A DNA stretch of 64,000 nucleotides. Source: an uncultured Fibrobacterota bacterium. GTDB lineage: Bacteria > Fibrobacterota > Chitinivibrionia > Chitinivibrionales > FEN-1185. Shown here piece after piece: positions 61,661-64,000 of this stretch (the stretch's first letter is position 1; each line of letters begins with the position of its first letter). The position numbers and the translations under genes are program-made. A model generated the notes under the pieces. It was not told the DNA's origin, made no database searches, and saw nothing but the letters and a program-made list of their open reading frames with translations. Where the stretch lies: assembly GCA_963753345.1 (NCBI GenBank), contig CAVWBU010000015.1, positions 1 to 64,000 of the forward strand, given 5' to 3'.

Positions 61661-62344
61661 ATGAACGCGCAGGAAATCGAAACAATTGCGGCGGGCGTTC
61701 CGCTATTTTCCTGTTTGTCGAGCATGGACCGTTCGGCAATCTGCAGAATCATGATTCCCAGAACATTCAAGGCAAACGAGGTGATCGTCCACGAGGACGA
61801 CGACGAAGGACAGACGTTCTTCGTGATCGTGTCGGGCCGGGTGCATGTGGCGGTCATCACGTCGGAGGGCAAGAGCGCCATTCTCGCCACACTCAAGCAG
61901 GGCGATTTCTTCGGGGAAATGGCGATACTCGACGGCGAGCCCCGCAGCGCGTCGGTGATCGCGTCGGAGCCGTGCACGCTGCTCATGCTGTACCGCAGGA
62001 TGTTTATCGACATCATGCAGCGGTATCCCAAGATCACCATCAGGATCCTTGTCGAAATGTCGAAGCGCCTCAGGCGCGCCAACAAGCATATCAATACGCT
62101 GTCGCTCATGAGCGTCTACGGCCGGGTGGCCGACGTTCTTCTCCAGCTGGCAAAAGACCAGGGAATAAGGGCGGGAAGCATGATCATCGTCCCGAACAGG
62201 CCCACCCACCAGGTGATCGCCGACATGGCCGGGACGAGCCGCGAAACCGTATCGAGAATTATGTCGCAGCTACAGAAAAAACACTACATCGCCGCCGAAG
62301 GAAAGAAACTGGTAATATTGAATGAAGAAAAACTACTCGATTAG
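61661..62344 (+). CDS. Crp/Fnr-family cNMP-binding transcriptional regulator
   Basis: FFGEMAILDGEPRSASV and HTH THQVIADMAGTSRETVSR. Confidence 0.93.
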   Translation: MNAQEIETIAAGVPLFSCLSSMDRSAICRIMIPRTFKANEVIVHEDDDEGQTFFVIVSGRVHVAVITSEGKSAILATLKQGDFFGEMAILDGEPRSASVIASEPCTLLMLYRRMFIDIMQRYPKITIRILVEMSKRLRRANKHINTLSLMSVYGRVADVLLQLAKDQGIRAGSMIIVPNRPTHQVIADMAGTSRETVSRIMSQLQKKHYIAAEGKKLVILNEEKLLD

Positions 62345-63092
62345 CATTCCCGCCGACCTTCTCTGGAAGGTGATCCTGCCCTCGGCGGTCGTTCTGTGCC
62401 TCGCGGGAGGCGCGGCCGGGATTTTCATTGTTGACAAACTGGTGATGCCGGGCATCGTGCATACCGACCGCCAGGTGGTCGCCGTGCCCTCGCTTGTCAA
62501 GCTCCCCTGGGAAAAGGCGCGGCAGCGTCTGTTCGACGTGGGCCTGCGGCTGCAGGTGAGGGGACGGCAGTACGACGAGAAGATCGCGCGCGACGGCGTG
62601 ATAAGCCAGCAGCCCGGGGCCGACGAGAAGGTGAAGAAGGGCCGGATGGTGGCCGTCGTGCTGAGCAAGGGCTCGGAGACCGGCGTGGTGCCGGACGTGC
62701 GCAAACTCATCGAACGCAAGGCGGTGATCGAATTGCGCAAGCAGGGCTTTATCGTCGGCAAACGCAAACACGATTTTTCCGACTCGCTCGAAAAGGACAT
62801 GGTGGTCCAGATGTCGCCCGCGCAGGGCACGTCGATATCCAAGGAAATGCCCGTCGACCTCGTTATTTCCGACGGCGTGAAGCCCACGCACGCCGACACG
62901 CCCAACCTTATCGGAGAAAGCCTTCTCGACGCGAAGAAAAAGATCGAGGACGCTGGGCTCAAGCTCGGGAAGCTCGACTACAAGTCCAACGCGACCCTTT
63001 CGCCGGGGACCGTGATTTCGCAATCGGTGCCGCCCGGCAGCAGCGTGCCGCTCCAGAGCGCCGTCAATATCGTCGTTTCGGTGGTGAACTGA
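62322..63092 (+). CDS. Membrane-anchored protein with three PASTA domains
   Basis: TM followed by three VP.L...A...L...GL...VISQ.P repeats. Confidence 0.9.
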   Translation: MKKNYSISIPADLLWKVILPSAVVLCLAGGAAGIFIVDKLVMPGIVHTDRQVVAVPSLVKLPWEKARQRLFDVGLRLQVRGRQYDEKIARDGVISQQPGADEKVKKGRMVAVVLSKGSETGVVPDVRKLIERKAVIELRKQGFIVGKRKHDFSDSLEKDMVVQMSPAQGTSISKEMPVDLVISDGVKPTHADTPNLIGESLLDAKKKIEDAGLKLGKLDYKSNATLSPGTVISQSVPPGSSVPLQSAVNIVVSVVN

Positions 63093-63096
63093 TCCC

Positions 63097-64000
63097 ATGC
63101 GTTTTCGCGCATTTCCCCCCTGCCGTGTCCTGCGGAACCGCCGATGTCGCTCCCGCGCGGTTGTGCTCTGTCTGAGCGCGCTGCTGGCGGGGTGCGCGTC
63201 GGGTCAATTCCCGTTAATCAAGCCTGCGGAACGGCATTCGAGGGACTGGTACGCCCACCGGCGGGCCCAGGACTATTTCATAAGGGCCAGAGAGCTTGAG
63301 CGCCATGGGCTCACACAGATGGCGGTGCGGCTCTACGAGATGGCGCACGACCTCGATCCGGGCTCGGCCGCGCTCAAAGACGTACTGGTCCAGCGGTATA
63401 TTTATCTCGAGAAATTCAATCAGGCGCTGCTGTGCATACGGGGCCAGAAAAAAGAAACCGAGATTTCCGATTCCGACAAGACCTTGTGCGCGAGCATCTA
63501 CATGCGGATGGGACAGTACGTCCGCGCCGCCGACCTCCTGGAATCGGTCGCCGTCAAGAGCAGGGAAACGCGCTACATGCTCGGCATTCTATATGAATCG
63601 CAGGGCAATATTGCCATGGCCATCGCGAACTACAGGGCGTATCTTGACAAAGACACGTCGTCGGTCGACCTGGTCCTCAGGGTGGCGGCCCTGTACGGGA
63701 GAATGCGGAAGTGGGCCGCGGCGGAGAGCCTGCTTGTCGAAACGGGGGCGACCGGCGGCAAGAACCCGAGGCTGTTCAACGCCATCGGCGAGGTGAAGCT
63801 TGCGAAAGGAGATACCGCGCTCGGCCTTGACTTCTTCAAAATGGCGGCGATGATCGATTCGGGGAATCTCGACGCCGCCAGGAACATCGCGCAGGTGCTC
63901 ATCCGCAAGGGCGACTGGGCCGCCGCCATCCCTTATTATGAGAAGCTGCAAACCTCCGACAGCACCGGCGAGCTGTTCGGAAGAACCCTGGCGGTTCTCT
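63097..64000 (+). CDS. TPR lipoprotein (partial, runs off the window)
   Basis: Frame from the ATG at 63097 reads MRFRAF...VLCLSALLAGC (lipobox), then TPR-like helices (YEMAHDLDPGS, RYMLGILYESQG). Confidence 0.8.
   Translation, partial: MRFRAFPPCRVLRNRRCRSRAVVLCLSALLAGCASGQFPLIKPAERHSRDWYAHRRAQDYFIRARELERHGLTQMAVRLYEMAHDLDPGSAALKDVLVQRYIYLEKFNQALLCIRGQKKETEISDSDKTLCASIYMRMGQYVRAADLLESVAVKSRETRYMLGILYESQGNIAMAIANYRAYLDKDTSSVDLVLRVAALYGRMRKWAAAESLLVETGATGGKNPRLFNAIGEVKLAKGDTALGLDFFKMAAMIDSGNLDAARNIAQVLIRKGDWAAAIPYYEKLQTSDSTGELFGRTLAVL

Overview
GC-rich bacterial chromosomal segment, probably Fibrobacterota (Chitinivibrionia/Chitinispirillaceae-like). This is inferred from a fibro-slime domain gene and many secreted proteins with FlgD-Ig/T9SS-like C-termini. 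From left to right: an N-terminally truncated hybrid histidine kinase joined to unrelated DNA; a three-gene envelope operon (TPR protein, Fn3-associated-stalk/PKD/FGE-fold protein, 1994-aa TPR protein); a solo AbiEii nucleotidyltransferase with a methyltransferase; an ECF sigma factor with a FecR-PEGA-TPR anti-sigma; queF, mnmA, an FHA protein and srkA; a 21-kb array of three giant paralogous surface proteins (DUF2341-LamG-Ig(n)-PKD-...-FlgD-like tail); secreted glycan-active proteins; yefM-yoeB; two beta-helix proteins; a radical SAM gene and a GT2; acpS; crp; a PASTA protein; and a partial TPR lipoprotein. The most notable feature is the paralog trio. The three share a conserved chassis and a conserved promoter motif, but each LamG head carries a different insert, two of which resemble phage or contractile-injection virion modules. 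Two families of dispersed, covarying structured intergenic elements were also found. Many genes carry frameshifts that are probably sequencing indels. All domain calls come from motif recognition by eye, not from database searches.
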